DNA of 61,376 nucleotides, the filler included. It is 4 parts of 4 records of this genome, joined end to end, with 100 filler letters (N's around TTAATTAATTAA, not from the genome) between each part and the next. Parts side by side here need not be neighbours in the genome. Positions count along the whole stretch, not along the records: positions 22,655 to 41,884 come from DRR378314_2057; 3 more parts are not named here. One strand, 5' to 3'. Under the pieces are notes generated by a model. That model saw only the letters and a program-made list of their open reading frames with translations. It was not told the origin of the DNA and did not search any database. The first letter of the stretch is position 1; each line of letters opens with the position of its first letter. The translations under genes and the position numbers were made by a program. Of the stretch, positions 31,969-41,984 are shown piece by piece.

Positions 31969-32904
31969 TCAGTCAACAAAGTAATCAACCAATTGTTTTT
32001 TGCTGATCACAAACACACCTAGGCCGCCTTGTTCAAACTCAATCCATTCAAACGGCGCGCCTGGGTAAAGTGCATCCATGTGTACCATAGAGTTACCTAC
32101 TTCGACAAATAACAAACCGTTATCAGTTAGATGTTCAGCTGCTTCACTTAAAATTGTACGAGTAACGTCTAAACCATCATGGCCTGATGCAAGGCCAAGT
32201 TCTGGCTCATGATGAAATTCACGTGGTAAGTCAGCCATATCCTCTGCATCAACATACGGTGGGTTTGCAACGATAAGGTCATATTTTTGACCTGGCACAC
32301 CACTGAATACATCAGATTGGATTGGTAGAACCCGATCGCTTAGTTGGTAATCGGTAATATTAATATCCGCCACTTCAAGTGCTTCATACGAAATATCAAC
32401 CGCATCAACTTGCGCAGTTTCAAACGCTTGCGCCAGTGCAATTGCAATACAACCAGAGCCGGTACATAAATCTAAGATTCGGCCTACTGATTCTGGCTGC
32501 TCTAACCATGGCGTAAAACGATTATTAATTAGTTCTGCAAATGGCGAACGAGGAATTAATACACGCTCATCTACATAAAATGGCAAGTTAGCAAACCAGG
32601 CTATATTGGTTAAATAAGGAACGGGTGTGAAATCGTTAATTCGCTCTGAGATTAATCCTGCCAACCGATTTTTTTCGGTGCTGGTTAACCTTGCATGCAT
32701 TAACTCTTTTGGTGCATCGATAGGTAAACTAAGTGCAGGAAGTAATAAGCTAACCGCTTCATCCCATGCGTTATCAGTCCCGTGACCAAAGAAAATACCA
32801 CTGCTGGCAAACTGGCTTGTTGTCCAACGTAACCAATCATGCAATGTTGAAAGTTCTGCAACAGCTTCATCTAAGGTTGCTTCTTCTATTAGTAATTCGC
32901 TCAT
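31969..32904 (-). CDS. prmB: Ribosomal protein L3 glutamine N5-methyltransferase
   Basis: GHGTDNAWDEA, VLIPRSP, DLCTGSGCI, NPPY, EVGNS; upstream of aroC. Confidence 0.96.
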   Translation of the reverse strand: MSELLIEEATLDEAVAELSTLHDWLRWTTSQFASSGIFFGHGTDNAWDEAVSLLLPALSLPIDAPKELMHARLTSTEKNRLAGLISERINDFTPVPYLTNIAWFANLPFYVDERVLIPRSPFAELINNRFTPWLEQPESVGRILDLCTGSGCIAIALAQAFETAQVDAVDISYEALEVADINITDYQLSDRVLPIQSDVFSGVPGQKYDLIVANPPYVDAEDMADLPREFHHEPELGLASGHDGLDVTRTILSEAAEHLTDNGLLFVEVGNSMVHMDALYPGAPFEWIEFEQGGLGVFVISKKQLVDYFVD

Positions 32905-33030
32905 GTGTGTTATCTGCCTGCTTATACTTTCAAAATATTAACTCAATCGAGGCACAATTAAGGCCCCATGATTGCCCTATTGTAACGCTATTTACTCGAT
33001 TTTTAGCATTTTTTTGTTTAGACTGCGGCA

Positions 33031-33588
33031 ATGAAAAAAGATCCTCACTCAAACAGCCCAATCAGCACTGACGATATAGACTTATTTCGTCAAAGCATTT
33101 CTGGTGCGCGTATTTTTAAACAAGACACACACCGCTTTGCTAATAAGCCTAAAGTGTCACAAGCGAAGCAGTTTGCCCAGCAAAAAAAGCAACAACAGTC
33201 AGAATTTTTCTTCTCAGACGAATATGTTCCAGATATAGACACGAATGGTACGGTAAATTATGTGCAAGATGGCCAAGACCGTTTCTTGGCAAAGCAGCTA
33301 CGCCGTGGCGACTTTATACCTGACTTAACGTTGGATCTACACGGTTTAAATAAAGAAATTGCTAAAGACGAGTTAGCAGGCTTAATTCATGAATGCAAAA
33401 AAAAGCATTATTACTGCGCTTGTGTAGTGCATGGCATTGGTGGGCATATACTTAGACATAAAGTACCGCAATATTTAGTTCAGCACCCTGATGTTATTGC
33501 AATGCACCAAGCACCGCTTGAATACGGTGGTAAAGGCGCGGTATTAATCCTGATTAATCTACCACAAAGCGATGAGTTTAGGCGTTAA
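33031..33588 (+). CDS. smrB: Ribosome-rescue endonuclease SmrB
   Basis: FFFSDEY hook, LRRGDF, LDLHG and HGIG Smr motifs; divergent from prmB. Confidence 0.92.
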   Translation: MKKDPHSNSPISTDDIDLFRQSISGARIFKQDTHRFANKPKVSQAKQFAQQKKQQQSEFFFSDEYVPDIDTNGTVNYVQDGQDRFLAKQLRRGDFIPDLTLDLHGLNKEIAKDELAGLIHECKKKHYYCACVVHGIGGHILRHKVPQYLVQHPDVIAMHQAPLEYGGKGAVLILINLPQSDEFRR

Positions 33589-33626
33589 CTCCTTAGCGAA
33601 AATTTGCTGTTAAAGGCCAAAATAAA

Positions 33627-34550
33627 GTGCATATCTTTTCAATTATTTTTCCATTGGTCTTCATTGTTTTATGTGGTTACCTATCCAGCCGCAGTGCGTT
33701 TTTATCACAACTGCATGTCGCTGGGCTTAGTAAGTTTACTTTTTACATTAGTGTCCCAGCATTTTTATTTCTCAACATGTCGAATGCTAATTTGCAAGGT
33801 AGCGTCAGTTTAGATGGGTTTCTAAGTTTTTATCTACCCGTTTTATTCACCTTTTCACTTGCCTTAGCGATTGACCGTTTTTACTTATCTAAAAATAAAA
33901 GCTATGAGCGTCATAGTGTGTTTGCTTTAGGCAGTAGTTACTCAAATACGGTGTTGGTTGGCTTACCCATTATAATTGCAGCACTTGGCGAGCAAATGAT
34001 GGGGATTGTGTTTATGATAATTACCTTTCACAGCGCGTTACTTTTCACATTAACATTTTTAATTAGCGCTAAAGGCAATAATACGGCGTTTTCATGGCCC
34101 CAATTCAGTAAAAACATGTTATTGAACCCGGTCGTATTGAGTATCAGTTGTGGAATCGCGGTGAACTTAAGCGGCCTCACTTTATTTGCCGATCTTAAAT
34201 CTGGGCTATTATTACTTGGACAACCCGCCCTGCCGTGTGCGTTATTTGTACTGGGGGCAAACTTAGCTTTTTATAAAGTCTCAGATAATTGGCAAGCTGC
34301 GTTAGTAGCTACCTTGGTCAAGCTATTTTTATTACCCTGTTTAGTACTTTTAATGGGCTATTATGTATTTGAACTCGATACACAATTATTAAACGTACTG
34401 GTTTTATTGAGTGCATCGCCTTTGGGTGTAAACGCGTACCTCATCGCCTGCCAAATAAAACAACATCAAGCAACACTTGCCAGCACGGTCGTTCTGTCAA
34501 CCGTTTTAAGTGTGATAAGTTTTACGTTTTGGCTTTCAGTGTTGTTGTAA
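33627..34550 (+). CDS. AEC (auxin efflux carrier) family transporter
   Basis: About 10 TM segments; SNTVLVGLP, NPVVLS, PCALFVLG, P.GVN.Y motifs. Confidence 0.88.
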   Translation: MHIFSIIFPLVFIVLCGYLSSRSAFLSQLHVAGLSKFTFYISVPAFLFLNMSNANLQGSVSLDGFLSFYLPVLFTFSLALAIDRFYLSKNKSYERHSVFALGSSYSNTVLVGLPIIIAALGEQMMGIVFMIITFHSALLFTLTFLISAKGNNTAFSWPQFSKNMLLNPVVLSISCGIAVNLSGLTLFADLKSGLLLLGQPALPCALFVLGANLAFYKVSDNWQAALVATLVKLFLLPCLVLLMGYYVFELDTQLLNVLVLLSASPLGVNAYLIACQIKQHQATLASTVVLSTVLSVISFTFWLSVLL

Positions 34551-34552
34551 CT

Positions 34553-35290
34553 TCACAACCCACCACTTACATCAATAAATCCGCCTGTTGTAAATGAAGC
34601 GTGTGCTGAGGCTAAAAAATAAATTGCAGCGGCCACTTCTTCAGGATTGCCACCTCTGCCAAGTGGCAAGCCATGTTTTAGGCGTTCGACACGCTCAGCC
34701 TCACCACCATCACGATGCATGTCAGTATAAATAAGCCCTGGCCTGACCGCGTTAACACGAATCCCCTGTCTGGCAACTTCTTTTGCCAAACCAATCGTCA
34801 AACTATCCATAGCGCCTTTTGATGCAGCATAATCAATGTATTCATTTGGAGAGCCAGTGCGTGATGCAGCCGATGAAACATTAACAATGCTGCCGCCTGC
34901 TTTCATACGCTTAATTGCCTCGCGAGAGCATAAAAAAGCACTGGTTACGTTTGTGCTTAATACTTCGTTAATTCGTGCAGCATCCATATCAAGCAAGCGC
35001 ATTTGAGGCTTTAAAATACCCGCGTTATTGATAAGAACATCTATTTTACCAAATAGCTCATCTATCTTATAAAACATAGCAACTACGTCAGTTTCTTTAG
35101 ATACATCAGCTTGCAGCATTGCAACCTTCACCCCAAGGCTCTGAACCTGCTGCGCTACTTGTTTAGCTTGCACAACATTTGATTTAAAATTTAGGCAAAT
35201 ATCGTAGCCGTGGCGGGCAAAATGGATTGCAGTGCTAGCCCCAATACCACGACTAGCACCGGTTATTAATACAACTGGATTTGCACTCAT
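34553..35290 (-). CDS. Short-chain dehydrogenase/reductase
   Basis: TGASRGIG, NNAG, YAASK, VNAVRPG. Confidence 0.93.
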   Translation of the reverse strand: MSANPVVLITGASRGIGASTAIHFARHGYDICLNFKSNVVQAKQVAQQVQSLGVKVAMLQADVSKETDVVAMFYKIDELFGKIDVLINNAGILKPQMRLLDMDAARINEVLSTNVTSAFLCSREAIKRMKAGGSIVNVSSAASRTGSPNEYIDYAASKGAMDSLTIGLAKEVARQGIRVNAVRPGLIYTDMHRDGGEAERVERLKHGLPLGRGGNPEEVAAAIYFLASAHASFTTGGFIDVSGGL

Positions 35291-35384
35291 TGTCTATCCT
35301 GAAGCTTTGTGGAGTTAAATGTATTTGTGGATCTGAATAAGCGACTTACTGGGGAGTATTTATCAAATAAGCCGCTAAAGGCTA

Positions 35385-35735
35385 TTATTTTACAGCTGCA
35401 ACGACTGATACTTCTACTAACAATGCATCGCGAGCCATTTTAGCTTCAACACACGCGCGTGCTGGCGCATGTCCCTCGGGTACCCATGCATCCCATACTG
35501 CATTCATATCAGCAAAGTAATCCATGCTTTTTACATAAATTGTTGCACTAAGCATATGTTCTTTAGAGCTTCCTGCTTCGTCTAGCAGCGATTCTACTTT
35601 ATCCAGCATTGTTTGTGTTTGCTCTTTAATACCTTGTTCGGCATCTGCGCAAACTTGTCCGCATAAGTATACTGTGCCGTTATGTTTAACAATGCGGCTC
35701 ATACGCGCACCGGTTTGAAGACGTTCAATAGTCAT
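35385..35735 (-). CDS. RidA/YjgF family protein (YoaB-like)
   Basis: [24 protein letters not shown] motifs. Confidence 0.92.
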   Translation of the reverse strand: MTIERLQTGARMSRIVKHNGTVYLCGQVCADAEQGIKEQTQTMLDKVESLLDEAGSSKEHMLSATIYVKSMDYFADMNAVWDAWVPEGHAPARACVEAKMARDALLVEVSVVAAVK

Positions 35736-35827
35736 TATTAATCTCTACTTATATTTAGTAAAAATAGGCCTGATAGGTCATTTTTTAAATTGAATTTTTT
35801 AATACATTTTTAGGCAGAAGTATTCAC

Positions 35828-36304
35828 CTAAATAACGACGTTAGCTGGTGCGTTTATACTAAGGTAGTGGCTTTTTTGAGTCATATCATCATAGCTAATC
35901 ACAGCAACCCCACCGGTGTTAAAAATTGGCATATTGCCAGGGCTTAGCTGATCGACTAAATAACTCACTATAGGCATATGGGCGACAATCAACCATGTGT
36001 CACACTCAGGGTGCATAGCAATTAATGTTTCGAGGTAATCTGCGGCAATTTGAGGATTTCCATCAGGGGTTATGTCGCTGCATGTTTCTTCAAACGTAAA
36101 CACGTTGTTCTTTTTAACACCTTGCGCAGTTTGTTGAGCACGAACATAAGGGCTAACTAACAAGGCTGTTGGTTTATGAGTTGCGTGCAGCCATATACCC
36201 ATTTTTTCGGCTTGTTGCTGGCCAACTAACGTCAGGTTTCTGCTTGCGTCGTCAGCTTGCATCGGTGTAGCTTCGCCGTGGCGCATTATTAGAATTGTTT
36301 TCAT
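35828..36304 (-). CDS. sixA: Phosphohistidine phosphatase SixA
   Basis: IMRHGEA, SPYVRAQQT, VAHMP. Confidence 0.92.
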   Translation of the reverse strand: MKTILIMRHGEATPMQADDASRNLTLVGQQQAEKMGIWLHATHKPTALLVSPYVRAQQTAQGVKKNNVFTFEETCSDITPDGNPQIAADYLETLIAMHPECDTWLIVAHMPIVSYLVDQLSPGNMPIFNTGGVAVISYDDMTQKSHYLSINAPANVVI

Positions 36305-36478
36305 AAAAAATCAACCGATTAAAGAATATAAAACAGTAGCCAGTTTGCCAATTTGTCCGCTATATTAAAACAAAGTAACATCTATCTCGCTTGATATTCA
36401 GAATTAAAAGCATTGTAAAAAGTGTCTGAAGATATCACATATTGAAAATAGGTAAACGCGACGTTTTAGGAGCATCAT

Positions 36479-39199
36479 TTGAATATCAGCCGCAATGATA
36501 ACAGAACATACCACGCCCTAACACTGGACAATGGTCTAAAAGTATTGTTGGTGCAAGATAAAGATTCAACGAAGGCTGCTGCATCCATGGCTATCAATGC
36601 TGGTCATTTCGATGATCCACTTGATAGACAAGGCCTTGCCCACTTTTTAGAGCACATGCTTTTTTTAGGCACTGACCAATATCCAGAATCCAATGGTTTT
36701 AGTAATTTTGTTTCTCAAGCAGGCGGTAATACCAATGCATGGACTGGAACTGAACATACCTGCTATTTTTTTGATATAAACAACCAGAAATTTGAACATG
36801 CGCTTAAACAGTTTAGCCGTTTTTTTATTGCGCCTTTATTAAGCCCCACTGAAACAGAAAAAGAGCGCAACGCGATAGATGCGGAGTTTAAATTAAAAAT
36901 AAAAGATGATAGCCGTCGGATTTATCAAGCCCACAAAGAAACGGTTAATCCTGATCATCCATTCGCTAAATTTTCTGTTGGTAGCCAACAAACATTAGCT
37001 GATCGTGAAACATGTATTAGCGATGAATTACGTCAGTTTTTTAATACCTATTATCAAGCACAATGGATGAGCTTAGTGCTTTGCTCAGAGGCGGATATCA
37101 CCACCATGGAGCGTTGGGTTACTGACTTATTTTACGATATAAAAGGCACTGGCAAAGAAAAGCCCGCTATTGAAGCTGACCTCTATCGTCAACAAGATCT
37201 TTGTAAAGTACTGCACATTGAGCCACATAAGCATATGCAAAAATTGATTGTGAGTTTTGCTATGCCGAACATAGACGCGTTTTATCGCCATAAAACAGTG
37301 AGTTTTATTGCCCACTTACTTGGCTATGAAGGGGAAGGGTCGCTGTACTCTATTTTAAAAGAACAAGGCTGGATCAATGCCTTATCTGCCGGTGGCGGTA
37401 TCAATGGCAGCAACTTTAAAGACTTTAATATCAGTATGGCCCTGACCGATGAGGGCATTGAATATTATGAAGACATTGTTGAAATGGTGTTCGAATATAT
37501 TTGCCTTATTACTCAAAATACTGACAAGCTTCCTCGACTTTATCAGGATAAGAAAAACTTACTCAGCATTGCATTTGATAATCAAGAAAAAGCGCGATTA
37601 ATAGATTGGGTTAGTAACCTAAGTATTAATATGCAGCACTACGATGAAGCTAATTACGTGCAAGGTGATTATTTGATGGAGGGGTTCAACCAGCATGCGC
37701 ATGATATGGCGATGCAATGGCTCACTCCGCGTAATATGCGTTTAGTACTCATTCATCCTGATGTAGAGCCTGAGCATAAAACAAAGTGGTATCATACGCC
37801 CTATCGTGTTGAAGCGCTCTCGAACTCATGGCTTGATGCACTAACTGAAATAAATACGCCTCTACCACAGATGCTATTGCCCACAGCAAATCCGTATTTA
37901 ACAAAAGACGTAACCTTGCTCGATGTTGAGCACCCTAAAACGCAACCCACTTTATTGGTCAAAGAGCCAGGGTTTGATTTTTGGTTTAAGCAAGACAATA
38001 CATTTCGGGTTGCCAAAGGTCACTTTTACTTAGCCATGGACTCTCATTTTGCAGTAAAAGATATAAAACACATGGCACTTACACGCTTATTCGCTGACTT
38101 ATTTATGGATAGCGTCGCTGAGCAGTTTTACCCAGCAGAATTAGCTGGACTGAGCTATCATTTGACGTCACACCAAGGTGGTTTGACCCTCCATACCGCT
38201 GGCTTATCCTCAAGCCAACTAGCCTTAGTTGATGAATTGCTAAACGCATTATTTAATGTTGAGATATGCGCTAAGCGCTTTGCGGAGTATAAAAAGCAGT
38301 TAGTTCGCCATTGGCGTAATAGCAATCATAATAAACCGGTGGGTGAGCTCTTTAGTGTTCTTGGGGCTAAAGTTATGCCGTGGAATCCGCAACCAGATCA
38401 GCTTGCCAATGCACTAAAAGATACTAGTTTTCATCAATTCAACCGTTTTAGAAAAGAGTTTTTTAATGCGCTACACGTAGAATCATTTTTACACGGAAAC
38501 TGGCAAGAAAACGATGCGCTTGAGTTTCAAAAAGAAGTTGCTAACCACCTTGCTAAATCAGCAACTATTGAAGATTTAACCCGCCCATTGTGCCTACTAG
38601 ATAAAGTGACTCGAATAGAACTTGAATTAAACTGCAACGACAATGCAATGGTCATTTATTATCAAGCAATGAGTGATGATGTAGACGAAAAAATAAAAAT
38701 GATGGCGCTTAATCACCTTATCAATCAAGATTACTTCAATGAGTTACGTACGAAGCAGCAGTTGGGCTATCTCGTTGGCGCTGGGTACGCTCCTTTTAAT
38801 ACACGTGCAGGCATTGCATTTTATGTGCAATCGCCAGAATATAGCCCATATACTCTGCTTGAGCGCCATGAAGAATTTATAACTCGTGCTGTTGAAAGTC
38901 TAAACCAGCTGGAAGCAGAACAATGGCAGATTCAGAAGCAAGGCCTCAAAACGCATATTGCTGAAAAAGACAAAAATTTACGGCTGCGTTCTCAGCGTTT
39001 GTGGCTGGCAATAGGGAATCAAGATCATACATTTAATATGCAGAAAAAACTGCTAAGCGCTCTTGAAGCACTCACTATAGATGAAATTAAAGCGTATATC
39101 CGTGAAACCTTCAACGACGATCGCGCAAGATATGAACTACTAAGTCATCCTAAAGCGAAGAAACTTGCAAAAGATTCAGTTTCCTCGCATTCCCTTTGA
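36479..39199 (+). CDS. M16 (insulinase/pitrilysin-like) zinc metallopeptidase, no signal peptide seen
   Basis: HFLEH inverted zinc motif, GGNTNAWT, ELRTKQQLGY; TTG start after AGGAG. Confidence 0.93.
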   Translation: MNISRNDNRTYHALTLDNGLKVLLVQDKDSTKAAASMAINAGHFDDPLDRQGLAHFLEHMLFLGTDQYPESNGFSNFVSQAGGNTNAWTGTEHTCYFFDINNQKFEHALKQFSRFFIAPLLSPTETEKERNAIDAEFKLKIKDDSRRIYQAHKETVNPDHPFAKFSVGSQQTLADRETCISDELRQFFNTYYQAQWMSLVLCSEADITTMERWVTDLFYDIKGTGKEKPAIEADLYRQQDLCKVLHIEPHKHMQKLIVSFAMPNIDAFYRHKTVSFIAHLLGYEGEGSLYSILKEQGWINALSAGGGINGSNFKDFNISMALTDEGIEYYEDIVEMVFEYICLITQNTDKLPRLYQDKKNLLSIAFDNQEKARLIDWVSNLSINMQHYDEANYVQGDYLMEGFNQHAHDMAMQWLTPRNMRLVLIHPDVEPEHKTKWYHTPYRVEALSNSWLDALTEINTPLPQMLLPTANPYLTKDVTLLDVEHPKTQPTLLVKEPGFDFWFKQDNTFRVAKGHFYLAMDSHFAVKDIKHMALTRLFADLFMDSVAEQFYPAELAGLSYHLTSHQGGLTLHTAGLSSSQLALVDELLNALFNVEICAKRFAEYKKQLVRHWRNSNHNKPVGELFSVLGAKVMPWNPQPDQLANALKDTSFHQFNRFRKEFFNALHVESFLHGNWQENDALEFQKEVANHLAKSATIEDLTRPLCLLDKVTRIELELNCNDNAMVIYYQAMSDDVDEKIKMMALNHLINQDYFNELRTKQQLGYLVGAGYAPFNTRAGIAFYVQSPEYSPYTLLERHEEFITRAVESLNQLEAEQWQIQKQGLKTHIAEKDKNLRLRSQRLWLAIGNQDHTFNMQKKLLSALEALTIDEIKAYIRETFNDDRARYELLSHPKAKKLAKDSVSSHSL

Positions 39200-39251
39200 C
39201 ACAACCAAGGCGTTCAATTAGATTATCAGGTGCAAATAGAAGAAGTGCATA

Positions 39252-41486
39252 ATGATAATAAAAATAACGCTCAATCTAACATTACTTGTAAGCTTTGCTT
39301 TAAGCTTTAGTGCTCTAGCTAATAACGATCAAATGTTTGATCAAAAAACCTTACAACTATATATACCCAGTGCATTTGTTGCACTGGTTTTGCCGTACCT
39401 GTTATTTACAATACACAGACTACGCCGCTCACGAAAACAGTTACGACTTTCAGAACACCGTTTAAAAAGTACTGTTGAAGGCAGTGGTGATACGCTTTGG
39501 GATTGGAACGTTAAAACGGGAGAAATGCTGCGAATCAACGACAAATATATGATGAACAGTGACACTCAAAAAAGTTTCCCCCCCAATAAATCACTCATCC
39601 ACCCAAATGACTTACCCAGTGTAGAGCTACATTTAAAGCAACATTTTGCTGAACAAAGCGCTTTTTTTGAAGCCAGTTATCGTATAAAAGATAGCTTTGA
39701 CCGGTGGCGTTGGGTGCTCGACCGCGGAAAAATTATTGAAAAAGACGCCAACCTAAAACCCTTGAGAATGACGGGAACAGTCCGCGATATTACTCGTTTA
39801 AAGTCGACAGAAGCACGCCTTAATTTATTCGCAAAATGCGTAGAATCACTCACTGATGCGCTCGCAATCTATGATAGAAATTTTAATCTTGTAGATCTAA
39901 ACCCCAGTTTTTTAAGCCAATTTGGTGGCACTCGAGAGCATTATCTGAATAAATCATTTTCTCTTGTGGGCTATGAAGATAGCTATATAGAAGAAATAAA
40001 AGATACAGTAAGACGCACTGAGCACTGGCAACAAGAAGTAAAGTTGCGTAACAGTGAGCGCAAAATGTTGCCTTTTGAAATTTCTATTGACGAAATTAAA
40101 AATGAATATAATCAGGTGTGCAACTACGTTGTTGTGTATTCTGATCTAACTGAACGCAAAAAAGCAGAGTCTCAACTGCACAATTTATCAAATAGAGACC
40201 GTACAACGGGCCTGCCCAATCGAAACTTGTTTTTTACCGACCTTAAAAAGTTAGCTAAAAAAGATGACCATCATGCTTTGCTAGTCTTTGACTTAGACAA
40301 CTTTAAGAAAATAAATGATTCACTTGGGCACCAGTTAGGCGACAGTCTACTCGCCAAGCTCGCAATGCGATTGAACAAACTTACCCGTGAGAAGGATGTA
40401 TTTTACCGATTAGGTGGTGATGAGTTTGCATTGGTGATGTCAGGTACTAACGATATTCACACCATCACACGTATGGCTAAACAATTTTTGGCAGCCATTG
40501 CGACCCCTTTTAAAATGGCAGGACACGAATTAGTTATCACATCAAGCTTAGGCATCGTGCTTTATCCTGAGGACGGTAACACCCCTGAACTACTTCTCAA
40601 AAATGCTGATACCGCAATGTATCATGCTAAAAAGAAAGGCAATAGCTACTTATTCTTCAATGACACCATGAATCGTCAAGCCGTAAAACGCTTACAAATT
40701 GAAAACCTGATGCGTTTTGGTTTAAAAGAAGATCACTTTGAAGTGTACTACCAACCTAAAATGAATATTCGCACCGGTAAATTTACCGGTATGGAAGCAC
40801 TTGTTCGCTTTATTACACCTAAAAAAGGCATTATCAGTCCTGGGGTGTTCATCCCAATAGCAGAAGAAACAGGGCAAATAATTGAAATTGGTGAAGTTGT
40901 ACTAAACAAAGCCTGTAGAGATGTAAAAGAGTGGCTCGATGCTGGCTTATTTAATGGCCGAGTTGCGGTTAACCTCTCGGCAAAACAGTTTAGCTTACCT
41001 GATTTAACCACACGTATTGATATCATTTTGCAAAAAAATGAACTCCCTTCGTATTTCTTAGAACTGGAAATAACGGAAGGTACGGTAATGGATGACCCAC
41101 AAGATGCCATATCGATTATGCGCTCACTCAGCGCCCGTGGCATTCATTTAGCTATGGATGACTTTGGTACTGGGTATTCATCACTGGCGTACTTAAAGCA
41201 ATTCCCTCTTAACACGTTAAAAGTAGATAAAGCGTTTATTGATGATATGGAAACAGAGCGTGGTCGCAATATGGTTGATTCAATCGTCACAATCGCTCAC
41301 AACCTTGATTTGCATGTCGTTGCTGAAGGGGTAGAACAAGCCAAACAAATAACGATTTTAGAGCAGCTTAATTGCGAAACTATGCAAGGGTATTATTACT
41401 CAAAACCACTATCAAAAACTGAATTTACTGAGTTTTTGAAAAAACAGTACAGCAACTCACAACCGAGTTTAATTCACCAAGCTTAA
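39252..41486 (+). CDS. Membrane-anchored PAS-PAS-GGDEF-EAL cyclic di-GMP enzyme
   Basis: N-terminal hydrophobic segments, PAS/PAC (WDWN, IHPND, GTVRDIT), REKD-x5-GGDEF, EAL, DDFGTGYSS. Confidence 0.93.
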   Translation: MIIKITLNLTLLVSFALSFSALANNDQMFDQKTLQLYIPSAFVALVLPYLLFTIHRLRRSRKQLRLSEHRLKSTVEGSGDTLWDWNVKTGEMLRINDKYMMNSDTQKSFPPNKSLIHPNDLPSVELHLKQHFAEQSAFFEASYRIKDSFDRWRWVLDRGKIIEKDANLKPLRMTGTVRDITRLKSTEARLNLFAKCVESLTDALAIYDRNFNLVDLNPSFLSQFGGTREHYLNKSFSLVGYEDSYIEEIKDTVRRTEHWQQEVKLRNSERKMLPFEISIDEIKNEYNQVCNYVVVYSDLTERKKAESQLHNLSNRDRTTGLPNRNLFFTDLKKLAKKDDHHALLVFDLDNFKKINDSLGHQLGDSLLAKLAMRLNKLTREKDVFYRLGGDEFALVMSGTNDIHTITRMAKQFLAAIATPFKMAGHELVITSSLGIVLYPEDGNTPELLLKNADTAMYHAKKKGNSYLFFNDTMNRQAVKRLQIENLMRFGLKEDHFEVYYQPKMNIRTGKFTGMEALVRFITPKKGIISPGVFIPIAEETGQIIEIGEVVLNKACRDVKEWLDAGLFNGRVAVNLSAKQFSLPDLTTRIDIILQKNELPSYFLELEITEGTVMDDPQDAISIMRSLSARGIHLAMDDFGTGYSSLAYLKQFPLNTLKVDKAFIDDMETERGRNMVDSIVTIAHNLDLHVVAEGVEQAKQITILEQLNCETMQGYYYSKPLSKTEFTEFLKKQYSNSQPSLIHQA

Positions 41487-41674
41487 GGGCGCCATACGCA
41501 CGCATTAGCGCCAACAGTGCGAAGCAAGGCTCTACGATAGTGAACGTTAAATAGATACCATGCTACAGGCCCGAGTAACCCTGCCAGTACAACCCAACGT
41601 TTAACAGGCATGCCCTTTTTATTCACGTCTAAATACATAATGGCGATAAACACGATGCTGATCACAATATACAA
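41483..41674 (-). CDS. Small membrane hypothetical protein (about 63 aa)
   Basis: Two hydrophobic segments; probable TTG start at 41674; stop shares TTAA with the convergent GGDEF-EAL gene. Confidence 0.55.
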   Translation of the reverse strand: MYIVISIVFIAIMYLDVNKKGMPVKRWVVLAGLLGPVAWYLFNVHYRRALLRTVGANACVWRP

Positions 41675-41782
41675 AGCAGGTCTCTTAATGATGGTTAATA
41701 AATGAGCGCGCAGTTTACCCAATCCCATGGCTGATTAAAAGTACTGGATATGAATAGCGGCTATTTTTTGCAATGATTGTTG

Positions 41783-41884
41783 TATACCCAAGCGCCTTAG
41801 GATGCGAGTTCCAGTTGGAATTAAAAATGATTTTGGCAAGGCATTGATTGTCAGGAATAGTGGTTCTATTGTTAAAATCAATAA
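41783..41884 (+). repeat. Left part of an ERIC/MITE-like interspersed repeat, cut by the contig end
   Basis: Starts TATACCC..GATGC like ERIC-family termini; internal hairpin ATTGATT..AATAG-TGGTT-CTATT..AATCAAT; the assembly breaks inside it. Confidence 0.55.
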
Positions 41885-41984
41885 NNNNNNNNNNNNNNNN
41901 NNNNNNNNNNNNNNNNNNNNNNNNNNNNTTAATTAATTAANNNNNNNNNNNNNNNNNNNNNNNNNNNNNNNNNNNNNNNNNNNN
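41885..41984. other. Artificial contig spacer
   Basis: 44 N + TTAATTAATTAA + 44 N. Confidence 0.99.
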
